From the NCBI GenBank assembly GCA_034408725.1, contig JAWXCN010000051.1:1-56232 (forward strand): DNA of 56,232 nt, in the 5' to 3' direction. Origin of the DNA: Candidatus Hydrogenedentota bacterium. GTDB taxonomy: Bacteria; Hydrogenedentota; Hydrogenedentia; Hydrogenedentales; SLHB01. Position numbers and translations under genes: made by a program. The notes beneath the pieces are model-generated. The model did no database searches and was not told where the DNA came from. It was given only the letters and a program-made list of their open reading frames with translations. Position 1 is the stretch's first letter. Each line of letters opens with the position of its first letter. This document shows, piece after piece, positions 1 through 10,701 of the stretch.

Positions 1-70
1 ATTACGTGAAGCGCACTAATTACAAGAGCGGGTCGAACCTCTCGCCCTCTTGAAAAACTCCGCTTTGAAT

Positions 71-186
71 CTTCCCCGGTGGTCCCCGTGCCCCCGTGGT
101 CCAATTTTGGTCTTCGGTGCCCTTCATCCATTTCCCCGCTATTTCTTCAATCCCAATCTGAGCCCATCTGCGTACTCTGTGGACGA
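71..186. repeat. Degenerate short intergenic repeats (ccccggtggtccccgtgcccccgtggtcc; atctgagcccatctgcgtactctgtgg)
   Basis: Short internally repeated units; the second resembles atctgtgtttatcggtctccatctgtgg at 43782-43810. Confidence 0.4.
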
Positions 187-242
187 ACCAACAACTCAGA
201 CCACCCATCCGAACGTCAGCGGACTCCACCACCAAACAGCAA

Positions 243-425
243 TCACGAGCGGCCCGGTTTGCGCTTGCCTTGCTTTCTCTTGCGCGGTGCCGGTTTTACC
301 ACTTGCTTGCCCAACGTTGACTCATACTTGCGCAGGTCCTCGCAAATGCGGTGAAGATCGGAGCCGAATTCCAGCGTATGTTCCATTCGATGTTTGCGCA
401 CCTCGGCAACAAATGGATCTTTCAT
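243..425 (-). CDS. Small basic hypothetical protein, antitoxin-like (MKDPFVAEVRKHR...)
   Basis: ATG at 425 preceded by GGAG; N-terminus resembles small 'MKDPIVEEVR' proteins usually encoded after PIN toxins. Confidence 0.6.
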   Translation of the reverse strand: MKDPFVAEVRKHRMEHTLEFGSDLHRICEDLRKYESTLGKQVVKPAPRKRKQGKRKPGRS

Positions 426-480
426 CACTGATCTCCCAGAAAGGCATTTGTAATTTCGTTCGATGATCGCTCCGAGCGGT

Positions 481-1815
481 TTACACCTTCCACTCGCCGC
501 GATACTCGCGGGTGAGCCATTCGGGTTTGCCGCTGCCGGGGGCCAATTGCATGCGTTTGGGTTTCCATTGGATGGTGGCGTGGTTGTAGTAGGCCTGGTT
601 CATGAGGTGGCAGCAGATGGCGGTGCGGCCGCCGACTTCTTCGTTGGTAATGGGTCTGGTGCGCGATTTCACGCAGTTGAGGAAGTCCATCAGGTGGTTG
701 TCGCTGTCGTACAGTTTTACTTTCGCGTCTTTGAGGTATTCGTCCTCGGCGATTTTGAGGGCTTGCCCGAGGGTGCCGTCTTCGCGATTGACGAATCCGG
801 CGACCTTGATGCCATCGATATACAACTCGAACTGGCCGCGGTTCACCTTCACCGTGCCATCGCTGCCGAAGAACTCCGCGCCAAAACCATCGACATGGTG
901 TACCGTCACGCCGTTGTCGTAGAGAAACACTGCGCCGTTCGTCGCCTTCGGATCATCGGGCGGCCGCACTTCCACCGGCCCGCTTTCGTCCATTCCGAGG
1001 CCCCATTGCGCGATATCGATGTGATGCGCGCCCCAATCGCACACCATGCCGCCGCCGTACTCCTTGTACGCTCGCCAATTGGGGAAATGATCGTGCAGGC
1101 CGCGTGGGCTGAGGACCGAGTTGTATGGGCGCACCGGCCCCGGACCGATCCACATGTCCCAATCAAGTCCGGGTTCCAACGGTTCTTCGGGCAAGTCGCA
1201 GGGCACGCCGGGAGGGCCGAAGCTGCAATCGACGTGTTCGACCTTTCCGATGATGCCGTTGCGGACGAGTTCGCAGGCGATGCGGAATTCACTCATGGAG
1301 CGTTGCATTGATCCGGTTTGCAAGACCCGCCTGTTCGCCTTTACCGCATCGATGACCGCGATCGCTTCGTGGATGTTGTGCGTCAACGGCTTTTCGCAAT
1401 AGACGTCTTTGCCCGATTGCAGCGCGGCGATGGTGGGGATGGCATGCCAATGGTCGGGGGTGGCGATGCACACTGCGTCAATATCGTCCCGCGCGATGAG
1501 TTCGCGGAAGTCGTTGTACGCCGCGCAATCGGCCGAACCGAGTTCCGGCTTACTCGTATAGTGTTCATTCACCACGCGCTGGGCGTTCTCGCGGCGCGTC
1601 GTGTCAACGTCGCAAACGGCGACAACGCGCACTTCCGCATACTGCAAGAACGTGCCGAGGAGTCCCTTGTTCTGCTTACCCATGCCGATGAAACCCATGA
1701 CGATTTGGTCGTTTGGCTTGGTCTCGGCGGCCCAGATTTTCGATGGCAGAATAAAAGGAGCGGACGATATTCCAGCGGTTTTCAGAAAAGATCGACGGTT
1801 CGTTTTCATATGCAT
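481..1815 (-). CDS. Gfo/Idh/MocA family oxidoreductase, Tat-exported
   Basis: RRSFLK twin-arginine signal, GFIGMG Rossmann motif, IATPDHWH, YCEKP, DWGAHHID; start moved to ATG 1815 after AGGGG. Confidence 0.93.
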   Translation of the reverse strand: MHMKTNRRSFLKTAGISSAPFILPSKIWAAETKPNDQIVMGFIGMGKQNKGLLGTFLQYAEVRVVAVCDVDTTRRENAQRVVNEHYTSKPELGSADCAAYNDFRELIARDDIDAVCIATPDHWHAIPTIAALQSGKDVYCEKPLTHNIHEAIAVIDAVKANRRVLQTGSMQRSMSEFRIACELVRNGIIGKVEHVDCSFGPPGVPCDLPEEPLEPGLDWDMWIGPGPVRPYNSVLSPRGLHDHFPNWRAYKEYGGGMVCDWGAHHIDIAQWGLGMDESGPVEVRPPDDPKATNGAVFLYDNGVTVHHVDGFGAEFFGSDGTVKVNRGQFELYIDGIKVAGFVNREDGTLGQALKIAEDEYLKDAKVKLYDSDNHLMDFLNCVKSRTRPITNEEVGGRTAICCHLMNQAYYNHATIQWKPKRMQLAPGSGKPEWLTREYRGEWKV

Positions 1816-1965
1816 TTTTCCCCTGCGCCGCGAATAGAGGCGCGTTGGCCCGCAGTATCCTATGAATCTTGGCGCAACTACAAGGTGAATCAAAGCTTAA
1901 CTACACGGCGAAAGACGGAAACATTCTCTCCACGCGACAATGTTGTAAGAAACGCGCTGTCGCCA

Positions 1966-3066
1966 CTAACGCCCTGAGATGGGATATTCCTGCCAGACAT
2001 ACTCAAGTGCTTGCGGCAGCAGTTGCTCCTTCACGCTGCGTTCGCAGTGTTTGGCGTTGCGGGCGAAAGTGAATTGGTAGGGGTAGCCTTTCGCGGCGAG
2101 TGCCTTGGCCATGTTTTCGTTGGCGAGTACCCAGTCGTGCATGTTGTCGCGCATGACGTTTGGGTTGAGAAGGTCGCGGTCGCCGACGTGCATCCAGATG
2201 CGGAGCGGTTTAACGGGGCTGTTTGGGATGATGGTTTCATGAAAACACCACGCACCGTGGGGTGTTTCGGGGTTGTAGGGCCACTGCTGATTTACGAAAG
2301 TACCTGAAAAACTAAGCACGCGGCGATACAAATCGGGGCGATACCACGCCATGATCATCGCGCATGCCGCGCCGGAACTGCATCCCATGGTCGCGCGGCC
2401 ATCGGGGTCTTTGGTCAGTTTTACGTTGCATTGCGCCTCGACGAGGGGCAGTACTTCAGTCTCGACAAACTCCGCATAGAGGCCCGACATGGTGTCGTAT
2501 TCAAGGCCGCGCTGGCTGCCCTGCGCGTCGCCGCTGCCGTTTCCGATAGAAATTGCGACCATTGCCGGAACACGCTTTTGCGCAATGAGATTGTCCAGCG
2601 CAACGAACAACATGGGATCAGGTCCGTCTGCGCCAACGATGAATGGCGCTTCCGTACCCGGCTCGTACTGTTTAGGGACATAGACCGCGACCTTGCGCGT
2701 GTATGGTGCAGGTCGGCTGGTGGTTACGACGAGCTTGACGGGATCCGCCGGATCCACGGCGCCGAAAGTGTCCTTTTCGCGAGCGATTCCGGGATAGATC
2801 TTGCTATCGGTAGATTCCATGGTGAGTTCATGAACTTCGCCTTTTGGCACGTCCACATTCGGAATCATTTCCGGCGCGGTCATGTGCGTCGGACCGATGA
2901 TGAAGTTCCCATCGGCATCCACCGGCGGAACCGCGCCATCGGGCAATTCCGTGGCGGATACATATCCGGACGTATTCGGATCGCGTGTGGGCGGTTCCGG
3001 CCGCTCCGCGGCGATTGCGGAAATGAATCCCGCGATCAACAAGACAACAGCTATTTGTTTTCCCAT
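1966..3066 (-). CDS. Secreted esterase, enterochelin-esterase-like alpha/beta hydrolase
   Basis: Signal peptide, GCSSG nucleophile elbow, QRGLEYD, C-terminal His (AKHC). Confidence 0.85.
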   Translation of the reverse strand: MGKQIAVVLLIAGFISAIAAERPEPPTRDPNTSGYVSATELPDGAVPPVDADGNFIIGPTHMTAPEMIPNVDVPKGEVHELTMESTDSKIYPGIAREKDTFGAVDPADPVKLVVTTSRPAPYTRKVAVYVPKQYEPGTEAPFIVGADGPDPMLFVALDNLIAQKRVPAMVAISIGNGSGDAQGSQRGLEYDTMSGLYAEFVETEVLPLVEAQCNVKLTKDPDGRATMGCSSGAACAMIMAWYRPDLYRRVLSFSGTFVNQQWPYNPETPHGAWCFHETIIPNSPVKPLRIWMHVGDRDLLNPNVMRDNMHDWVLANENMAKALAAKGYPYQFTFARNAKHCERSVKEQLLPQALEYVWQEYPISGR

Positions 3067-3167
3067 TCCGCGATACTCCTCAACGAAAATTAAGTGCGGG
3101 GCGTGACAAATCGGTCGTCACCACGCGGTACACGACACCGTTGGGATAGTATCAAACCATCAAGAGG

Positions 3168-4562
3168 TTACGGAATGCGAATCACAGGAGGCGGCGCCCA
3201 GTTTCCCGCCAAAACCTGGTTGGTAGGCCAGTACAATCGCATCATCAGGTGAAACGGTTCTTCCGGCGCATATATCCAGTTGGGTTCCGTTTCGTCGCCG
3301 GGGCGTTCGTTCTCAATGAAAATATCCAGCGATCCATCGGGGTTGTACCGAAGTGGATCCTGATCGCCGACCGCATATCGATTCCAATCATTGGCAACGG
3401 TATAGCCTTCGGCATTGTACAGAGCAATTGACCAGAAGGCATTCACCGGAGGCAACTGTGACCGCTCAAAGTGAATGATGTAGTTTCGTTCTCCATTGAG
3501 TGTCCTCCCGTCGCGATCCACATACACAACAGGATATACAGCGTCCTCGGCTGCATTTGCGCCGAGCGCGGTCTTGGCGACTACCGCCCGCTTCAGGTAA
3601 TCATTTCCGTAGACCCCGATGCCCCGCGTATCGATCTGCCATCCGTTGATGTGCGCGCCAATGCTGGGCGCATGACTCCGCATGCGTTGTTGCGCGATGA
3701 GCGGCGCACGTTCCAGTGCCTCACGAAAGGCCGGATGAAGCCGATTCCAATCCAGTTCCGCGCCCGCGATAAAGCCGAGGCGAGTCATCCGATCGATGAT
3801 TACGTCATCGCTCGAATGAGGCGGGTTCACGCGCAACAGTTGTGAGGCGTACTTAAAGAAAACGCCCGCGGACATTTTATCGACTGCTCGAAACGGCAGC
3901 GATGTGGTTGCATAGGGGTCATCAAGGATAGCGGGCTTTTGTTTGCCGGACCACTCCCCGAAGTCCGCGATCGCATAGCCATCCTGAATTATGTGCGCGT
4001 TTTCAAAGTCGGTACGTCCGTGTACCAGCGTGCGCGCGATTGCCCAGACATGCGGGGTTGGAGATTCGAACACGGTCACATCCGCGGCAATCTCCCCCGT
4101 CCATCCTGGCGGGGTCACCAAAAAACGATTCGCACCCGCTCCCGCGGTGCGCGGACTGACGGATGCAAACACGTCTGACCACATATCCATCATTTGAATC
4201 AAATAATAGCGTCCGGCCGTGTCGGGAACAGAAACCAGCACCGGTCCCTGCCGCAGATCGAGCCACGCTGATGAATACAGTGTATCGACGTTTGCGTGGA
4301 GCACCGTGTCAAAACCGGCTTTGGGAAAGATCCGCATGTGGTTGAACTGGTTCGCCGGGCCCACCCCATCGACACACAGCGGATACGTAAGACACCTGCG
4401 AGTCATGTCCATCACTAGCAATGGATACGTGTAGAGATACGCGTCCACAGCGATCTGATCCATTTCCGGTTCATTGACGACATAGTATGTTGCGGCGGGA
4501 GACACTGAGGCACACAAAATAAGGGCAATAGCGGTGAGTGCGGAGGCATGAGTACGAATCAT
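3168..4562 (-). CDS. DUF1254/DUF1214 domain protein
   Basis: NVDTLYSSAWLDL, PPVNAFWSIALY, NPDGSLDI, MRLYWP motifs; signal peptide. Confidence 0.9.
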   Translation of the reverse strand: MIRTHASALTAIALILCASVSPAATYYVVNEPEMDQIAVDAYLYTYPLLVMDMTRRCLTYPLCVDGVGPANQFNHMRIFPKAGFDTVLHANVDTLYSSAWLDLRQGPVLVSVPDTAGRYYLIQMMDMWSDVFASVSPRTAGAGANRFLVTPPGWTGEIAADVTVFESPTPHVWAIARTLVHGRTDFENAHIIQDGYAIADFGEWSGKQKPAILDDPYATTSLPFRAVDKMSAGVFFKYASQLLRVNPPHSSDDVIIDRMTRLGFIAGAELDWNRLHPAFREALERAPLIAQQRMRSHAPSIGAHINGWQIDTRGIGVYGNDYLKRAVVAKTALGANAAEDAVYPVVYVDRDGRTLNGERNYIIHFERSQLPPVNAFWSIALYNAEGYTVANDWNRYAVGDQDPLRYNPDGSLDIFIENERPGDETEPNWIYAPEEPFHLMMRLYWPTNQVLAGNWAPPPVIRIP

Positions 4563-4589
4563 GAGGTCGTTTCCTTTCGCGAGTAATCG

Positions 4590-5732
4590 TCAGGCCCCGG
4601 TTACTGCAACGGATATCGAACGCTGCTTATTTTCCAGTGATGCCAACAACTTGTCGAACGGTTCGATAAACTTTGTGACACCTTCATCCTCGAGTTGTTG
4701 CGTTACTGCATCGATTTCGATACCCAAGCCTTTGAGAGATTGCAGTGTCTGTTGCGCTTCTTGTACACCCTGTTCCAACCGCGGCTCCGGGTGGCCGTGG
4801 TCCCGGTAGGCGTTCAGGGTTTCGAGCGGAACCGTATTGACCGTATTCGGACCAATTAACGGTTCGACGTACATCAAATCCTCGTAATCCGGATTTTTTG
4901 TGCTGGTACTGGCCCACAGCACCCGTTGGGTGCGCGCCCCCTTCTCCGCCAGGCGCCTGAACTGTTCAGTGTCAAAAACTTCCTTGTAAATCTGGTACGC
5001 GAGCTTCGCGCTGCCAATCGCTACCTTGCCTTTGAGCTCGCTGGCGGTGGCGGCGCGCTCTCCCCCGTCCAGCGCGACTTTCTCCAACATGGGATCCAGC
5101 AGCACATCGATCCGGCTGAGGAAAAAACTGGCGACCGATTCGACGCGGGCAAGAGGCTTGCCGTCAGCGGCTCTCTCTTCCATCGCGGAAATGAAGGCAT
5201 GCGCTACATCCCGGTAACGTTGCAACCCGAAGAGTAGTGTTATATTGATATTAATTCCTTCGCACAAGCAGCGCTGGATGGCGGGAAGCCCCTCGCGTGT
5301 CGCGGGAATTTTTATGAAGACATTGGGCCGGTCGACCCATTTCCACAAGCGCCTCGCCTCAGCCACTGTGCCAGCCGTATCGTGGGCGAGATGTGGGTTG
5401 ACTTCCAGACTGACGAACCCATCACGGCCATCCAGCCTCTCGTACACGGGCCGAAACACGTCGGATGCGGCCTGAATATCTGATACGGCAAGGGACTCAT
5501 AAAGGCCGCGCATATCGCTGCTCATGGGGGCCAACAACTGTATGTCGTCGTCATAATCCGCACTACCGTCAATAGCATCATGAAAGATCTTAGGATTGCT
5601 GGTGATCCCTCGCAGGCCGTCTTCATCCACGTAGCGCTGTAGTTCTCCGCTCGTGATGAGACTCCGGCGCAGCAGATCCAGCCAGATGCTCTGTCCGAAA
5701 CTTTGAAGTTGCAGCAATGGGTTTGTAATCAC
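4590..5732 (-). CDS. tal: Transaldolase
   Basis: GQSIWLD, GITSNP, VSLEVNP, FIKIPAT (catalytic Lys), SFFLSRID, WASTSTKNP; GTG start after GGAGGG. Confidence 0.95.
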   Translation of the reverse strand: MITNPLLQLQSFGQSIWLDLLRRSLITSGELQRYVDEDGLRGITSNPKIFHDAIDGSADYDDDIQLLAPMSSDMRGLYESLAVSDIQAASDVFRPVYERLDGRDGFVSLEVNPHLAHDTAGTVAEARRLWKWVDRPNVFIKIPATREGLPAIQRCLCEGININITLLFGLQRYRDVAHAFISAMEERAADGKPLARVESVASFFLSRIDVLLDPMLEKVALDGGERAATASELKGKVAIGSAKLAYQIYKEVFDTEQFRRLAEKGARTQRVLWASTSTKNPDYEDLMYVEPLIGPNTVNTVPLETLNAYRDHGHPEPRLEQGVQEAQQTLQSLKGLGIEIDAVTQQLEDEGVTKFIEPFDKLLASLENKQRSISVAVTGA

Positions 5733-5950
5733 CGGACACCCTCCCTTCACGGTCAAGAAATCGTTTAGATTCTGAACCACCTGGCTGGTTAACAGCAAAA
5801 AGGGGTTAATGCTTCCTTGGCGATCCGAATTCCGGATTCGAGAGTTTTAGCCGCGGGCATGTAAATGCCCCAGGGAAATCGCGGAGTATTTACGGACCGA
5901 TGTTCCGGAACTTTTTCCCAGGACGGCCGACGTGAAATAAAGTTCTACTG

Positions 5951-6526
5951 CTAGAAATCTTCAAACTGTCCGTCAGTATCGCCCTGCACGATGTTCCCCA
6001 CGCCCGTGGGCGCGACGTTGTTACTCTCGCCCTGGAGGTTCCCGTCAATCTCGTTCCGCGAGACGATAAATCCATTCGACAAGTTTCCGTTCGCCTGAAC
6101 ATTCCCTTCGACATCGTTGCGGATAATCCGAATCTTCTTGTTTCCAACGTCATTCGAGAACAACTGGACGTCTCCGCCAACCATAGACCTTCGCAACTTG
6201 ATGAGACCGCTGTTATCGATCTGGAAACTGCCGTCAATCGTCGCGTCAATTACGGTCACCCGCGCCGCCCCCTCCGCCTGAATATTGCCTCCCACAGTGA
6301 TTCCATTTGCCTTTAAGACCGCGCCGTCCTCTACAATGATATTGCCCCCTATTTGAGATCCGTTGAGCACGGCTTTGGACCCTGCCGTGACAATGAAGTT
6401 CTCATCAAACTGGTCTGCCGGACCGAAGTTGCAAAAGCCATCGCATTCGAAATCATCGGCTCGGGCGACAAACGCGCCAACCATGATTATGGCCACTGCT
6501 ACTGTTCGAGAAATTGAGGAGATCAT
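5951..6526 (-). CDS. Secreted hypothetical protein, probable beta-helix repeats
   Basis: Signal peptide; repeated IGGNI/VGGNI/IDGSF/VGGDV/VEGNV/IDGNL units. Confidence 0.7.
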   Translation of the reverse strand: MISSISRTVAVAIIMVGAFVARADDFECDGFCNFGPADQFDENFIVTAGSKAVLNGSQIGGNIIVEDGAVLKANGITVGGNIQAEGAARVTVIDATIDGSFQIDNSGLIKLRRSMVGGDVQLFSNDVGNKKIRIIRNDVEGNVQANGNLSNGFIVSRNEIDGNLQGESNNVAPTGVGNIVQGDTDGQFEDF

Positions 6527-6690
6527 AGGGGTTTCCAATCTTGATTGTCTTATGACGACAGACCTCTACCGTTGTATCCTCGTAACCTTCACGCTGCCCA
6601 GATTTATTCCTTTGTGATTGCTTCAATCGACGGGGCCCCGGGCCCAGACGAGTATCGGTATATTGCCGCATGATAAAGTCTTTGCTTAAC

Positions 6691-8625
6691 TTACGCAGGG
6701 ACCGAGGCCCGTTCCGGACATGCCCGGCGCGCGAGATTCGCGTCAAACTCCTGAACATAACTGCGTTCCAAAATTTGCACGGTAAGAATAAACAAGAGTG
6801 CTGTATTCACATTGCGCCCGAACTGGGAGGCCCGAGGCAGCGCATGCGCCATAAACCGTAATATGCGTATGGTCCGTGAACTGAAAATCCCTGAGCGGCG
6901 AATCGCCGCCGGGGAAAGATAGGTGTCGATTAGATGATCGAGTACTGCCGACTGGCCCTTGGCAACGCGGAGTGGAGGCGCGGAATAGGGCCATTTCGCG
7001 CGCTTGTAAAGTTCTTCCGTCAAATCTTCCTTGAACGCCTCGCGCAACACGTGTTTCTCGATTCCATTGCATATTTTTTCAGAATCGGGAATGCGCCGCA
7101 CCGTTTCAAACAGATGATGATCGAGGAACGGGGTGCGCCCCTCAATGGAATGGCTCATTTCGGCGCGATCACCGAGCATGGAAAGCAGGTAGGGGGCGAG
7201 CATGGATTTTATCCAGAAGTATTGCACCTTGCGCGCGTGGGTGTGGCCATCGGTCTGCGCCCGGTTAATGCGGCGTTTCAATCGATCAAGCGGATGTGTA
7301 GCGCGCACCGCTTCTTGGTGGTCCCGGTGAAACAATCGTGCGAGAAACCGTTGGTAGGTATCAGTAAGCGTTTGGCCGTGTTCCGGTAAAGGCACAAAAC
7401 CAAGCGCATCAATTACGCCGCGCATGCTCCTGTGCGATGGATGCTTGCGGTCGCGCAGGCGATTGCCCATCTGGTCGGACATCGCCCCCTTGCCGGATTG
7501 AAAATAGACATAGCCTAGAAAAAGTTCGTCGGAACCTTCACCAGTGAGAACGACGGTGACATGTTCACGGGCGAGTCGCGACAGAATAAATTTTCCGACG
7601 CCGTGCAGGTTCGGAAACGGCATTTCTGTTATCCACAAACAGTCTTCGGTGTTTCTTAACAAGGTTTCCTGGTCGCAGGGCACGGAGTGGAATTCCGCGC
7701 CAATTTTTTCAGCCATTTTTTCTGCAATGGCTATTTCGTTGTACGCCTTTTCTTCCGGGAACGCGATGGTGAACACTTTGAGCTTGCCGGAAAAATGGCG
7801 AGCGACAGTGGCCGCCACGATGGCTGAATCAATTCCTCCGCTGAGATACACGCCGACTGGTACGTCGGCGCGCATGCGTAGGCGGACGGCCTCATCAAAC
7901 GCATCACGCACTACGCGCGGGTATTGCGCGCCGTTTAGCGGAATCGATTCGTTCATCGGCAAATCGAGGTCCCAATATTGAAAAAGCGAATGTGTGCGCG
8001 TATCCAGTTCCATCGTTAGCACGTGGCCGGGCGGCACGGCCTGCACGCCGGCGAAAATCGAGTCTGGAATTGCGCCACAGAGATAGTCGCGAACACCAAC
8101 GACATCAATTTCCGGACGTAACGCCCCCGAAGCAAAGAGGGCTTTCGTCTCGGAGCCAAACAGGAATTTTCCATCCTGAACATTGTAAAACAGCGGCTTG
8201 ATCCCGAACCGGTCGCGCACGGCCAATAGTTTCCGTTTGGATGCGTCATAGAGCAGAAATGCGAATTCGCCGCGAAGATGATGCACAAAATTCGCGCCAT
8301 GCTCCTGGTAAAGATGGATGATGACTTCGGAATCGCTTCGAGTGCTGAAAACGTGGCCGAGCGCGATCAATTCCTCGCGAATACGTTCGAAATCATAAAT
8401 CTCGCCGTTGCACACGAGCACGATGTCGCCGGTTTCCGAGTAGAGTGGTTGCGCGCCAGTGCTCAGATCGATAATCGAAAGCCGCGCATGTCCGAGGCCA
8501 ATGCCCGCGGCTTCATCCACAAACATGCCTTGGCCGTCCGGGCCGCGGTGATGCATCGCGCGAATCGCGCGTTCGATCTGCGCCTCGCTCAGGGAATGCC
8601 CGATGAACCCAAATATCCCGCACAC
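6691..8625 (-). CDS. asnB: Asparagine synthase (glutamine-hydrolysing) family amidotransferase
   Basis: N-terminal MCGI, HRGPD, RLSIID, NGEIY, RDRFGIKPL, LSGGIDS, TGEGSDE, RTPFLD. Confidence 0.92.
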   Translation of the reverse strand: MCGIFGFIGHSLSEAQIERAIRAMHHRGPDGQGMFVDEAAGIGLGHARLSIIDLSTGAQPLYSETGDIVLVCNGEIYDFERIREELIALGHVFSTRSDSEVIIHLYQEHGANFVHHLRGEFAFLLYDASKRKLLAVRDRFGIKPLFYNVQDGKFLFGSETKALFASGALRPEIDVVGVRDYLCGAIPDSIFAGVQAVPPGHVLTMELDTRTHSLFQYWDLDLPMNESIPLNGAQYPRVVRDAFDEAVRLRMRADVPVGVYLSGGIDSAIVAATVARHFSGKLKVFTIAFPEEKAYNEIAIAEKMAEKIGAEFHSVPCDQETLLRNTEDCLWITEMPFPNLHGVGKFILSRLAREHVTVVLTGEGSDELFLGYVYFQSGKGAMSDQMGNRLRDRKHPSHRSMRGVIDALGFVPLPEHGQTLTDTYQRFLARLFHRDHQEAVRATHPLDRLKRRINRAQTDGHTHARKVQYFWIKSMLAPYLLSMLGDRAEMSHSIEGRTPFLDHHLFETVRRIPDSEKICNGIEKHVLREAFKEDLTEELYKRAKWPYSAPPLRVAKGQSAVLDHLIDTYLSPAAIRRSGIFSSRTIRILRFMAHALPRASQFGRNVNTALLFILTVQILERSYVQEFDANLARRACPERASVPA

Positions 8626-8637
8626 AGTATTTTCCCC

Positions 8638-8708
8638 GGAGGGCGGGTTTTCAACCCGCCATTTATTTAATTAAAACAATTAATGGCGGGTTGGAAAACC
8701 CGCCCTCC
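8638..8708. repeat. REP-like inverted repeat pair with AT-rich spacer
   Basis: ggagggcgggttttcaacccgccatt ... aatggcgggttggaaaacccgccctcc; each arm is itself a hairpin. Confidence 0.85.
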
Positions 8709-8709
8709 T

Positions 8710-9591
8710 TTACGCAAGCAGCTTGTCGATTCTCGCGGCGAGGTCGCGGTGGTATGGTTCGTCGCCGTTGGCGAGCTCGGCGGTGCAGAAACCGGTGAAG
8801 CCGATTTCCGCGAACGCATTGCGCACCTCCGGCCAGTTCACGCTGCCTTCGCCAAGATTCACCCACTCCCGCTCCTGCTTCTTAAAGTCTTTCAAATGCA
8901 CTTTCACGATGCGCTTACCAAGGGTACGAATCCAGTCCTGCGGATAGCCGAAGGCAACCACGTTGCCCACGTCGAAATACGCTTGCAGGAACGGATCATT
9001 AAACTCGTCCACATATTTCGCGAACTCGAGCGGACTGAGTAGAAACTCGTTCCAGACGTTCTCGACCGCGATAATGACATTCAATTCCTTCGCAAGCGGC
9101 AACAACTCCCGAATGTGCTTCTGAGACCGCTCGTAGGCGTCGGCATAGCGCACCTCTTCGTTCACTACCGCGGGCACGAGCAGAATGTTATCGGCGCCGA
9201 GGATATTGGCAAGGCGCAGCGCGGTTTCCACGCCCGCTTTTCCTTCGTCAACTTTCGCCGGATCGGGGTGAGAAAGCGGCGCATGCCAGCCACCGAAGAT
9301 GACCGAGTGCATTTTCACGCCGTGCTTTTTGGCAAGCCCAGCGAGTTCCTTGGCGTGATCATCTGCCGGAAGCGGCGGCATCTCGATGCCGTCAAAGCCA
9401 CACGATTTAGCCAACTTGATTTTGTCTTCGTCAGACAAGTCCTTGGGCAGCATTCCCCAGATGACGGCCTTGGGAAAAGTGGTTTTAGCTTGAGCTGTCG
9501 CACTATGCCCCGCCATGCTGAGGATGGTGAGTCCAGCACCGACGGCGGCCGTGTGCGATATGAATTCCCGGCGAGAGATGGAATCATTCAT
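8710..9591 (-). CDS. Sugar phosphate isomerase/epimerase (xylose isomerase-like TIM barrel), Tat-exported
   Basis: SRREFI signal, GFDGIE, VENVWN, YFDVGN, VHLKD. Confidence 0.9.
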   Translation of the reverse strand: MNDSISRREFISHTAAVGAGLTILSMAGHSATAQAKTTFPKAVIWGMLPKDLSDEDKIKLAKSCGFDGIEMPPLPADDHAKELAGLAKKHGVKMHSVIFGGWHAPLSHPDPAKVDEGKAGVETALRLANILGADNILLVPAVVNEEVRYADAYERSQKHIRELLPLAKELNVIIAVENVWNEFLLSPLEFAKYVDEFNDPFLQAYFDVGNVVAFGYPQDWIRTLGKRIVKVHLKDFKKQEREWVNLGEGSVNWPEVRNAFAEIGFTGFCTAELANGDEPYHRDLAARIDKLLA

Positions 9592-9741
9592 GAATGGAAT
9601 CTCCAGTTCGCTGCCTATGAAATACAGTATTCTGATCCGTCTTGGATGGTATCAAGCCTACGTTCTCCAGTTATCGGCGTCAAGATTGCTATACTTGCCG
9701 CTTCATAACGTGAATTGGGTGCAAATGAGAACGCAAGGCGC

Positions 9742-10701
9742 ATGCGTCTAAAAACTTCAGATCTACTGGTCACTGCCATAGTGCGCAATGCCTCGAAAAC
9801 GGAGCAGTCAACGCGGGTTTATCGCGTTCGACCTAACACTGGCGTGGTGGCCGTCATACATGTTCCGGACGCAATATCACGTTATTGCGATCCCAACCCG
9901 CGCGGCGGCATGCGCGGAGCCCGTGGCATAACCATTTTCGGTGGTGAAATTTATATTGCGAACTACAGCAGAATTTTCCGGTATGACCAGTCTTTTCGGC
10001 AAATCGGCGAAATCACGCATTCGTGTTGCGCCGACATCCACGACCTCGCGTTTCACGATGGCCAATTATGGGCGGCATCCACCCGCAATGATATGTTGAT
10101 TGCGATGAACAGAGACGGCCGCATCACCGACACGGTGGACGTATGGGATGCGGGCGATATAGAGCATACATTTGGCGTACGGCGTTCAAACAAAGTGAAC
10201 GAGACTGTCTGTCGCGAGCGCACCACACACGACAAACTTGATACCGACCTGCTGCATGTGAACAGCTTCGCGTTTTCCGCCGATGGCGATTTAGTAGTTT
10301 CACTTGGCCAGATCCGCGTCAACGGTCATTCAGAATCGGCGTTGCTGCGGCTCGGCGTCTCTGACGGCGCCGAGGTCATTTATCACAGCCCAACTGCGCC
10401 GGTGCCCGCGCACAACGTATTACGATTACCCAACGGGCGTATTCTGCACGCTCAAACGCAACATGGACAGGTCATAGAGATCGACCCCCGCACGAAAACG
10501 CATAAAGCACTCATTTCGGCCAGAACAGGGTACATCCGCGGTCTCGCACTGCTCAATGAGCATACCCTTGCCGTTGGGGTTCAGAATGAAGTGTGGCTGT
10601 GCGATATCGAATCAGGAGTAATCCTTGAGTGTATCGTGATTTCGAATGACGCGCGCGAATCGGTCCATTCGATCGCGTGTCTTGGGGCAGACGCGCCATG
10701 A
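9742..10701 (+). CDS. Hypothetical beta-propeller protein (DUF4915-like)
   Basis: Blade-like motifs RGITI, HDLAF, HVNS, HNV, RGLA; ATGA overlap with next gene. Confidence 0.6.
   Translation: MRLKTSDLLVTAIVRNASKTEQSTRVYRVRPNTGVVAVIHVPDAISRYCDPNPRGGMRGARGITIFGGEIYIANYSRIFRYDQSFRQIGEITHSCCADIHDLAFHDGQLWAASTRNDMLIAMNRDGRITDTVDVWDAGDIEHTFGVRRSNKVNETVCRERTTHDKLDTDLLHVNSFAFSADGDLVVSLGQIRVNGHSESALLRLGVSDGAEVIYHSPTAPVPAHNVLRLPNGRILHAQTQHGQVIEIDPRTKTHKALISARTGYIRGLALLNEHTLAVGVQNEVWLCDIESGVILECIVISNDARESVHSIACLGADAP

Noticed and set aside
463-1977. Long plus-strand ORFs opposite the oxidoreductase (and similar ones at 16315-17148, 20574-21623, 31308-32414)
   Set aside because: Antisense shadows of well-supported genes in GC-rich DNA; no motifs
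6691-8625. AsnB as a lasso-peptide cyclase
   Set aside because: Intact N-terminal Cys glutaminase domain; no precursor, B protein or RRE nearby
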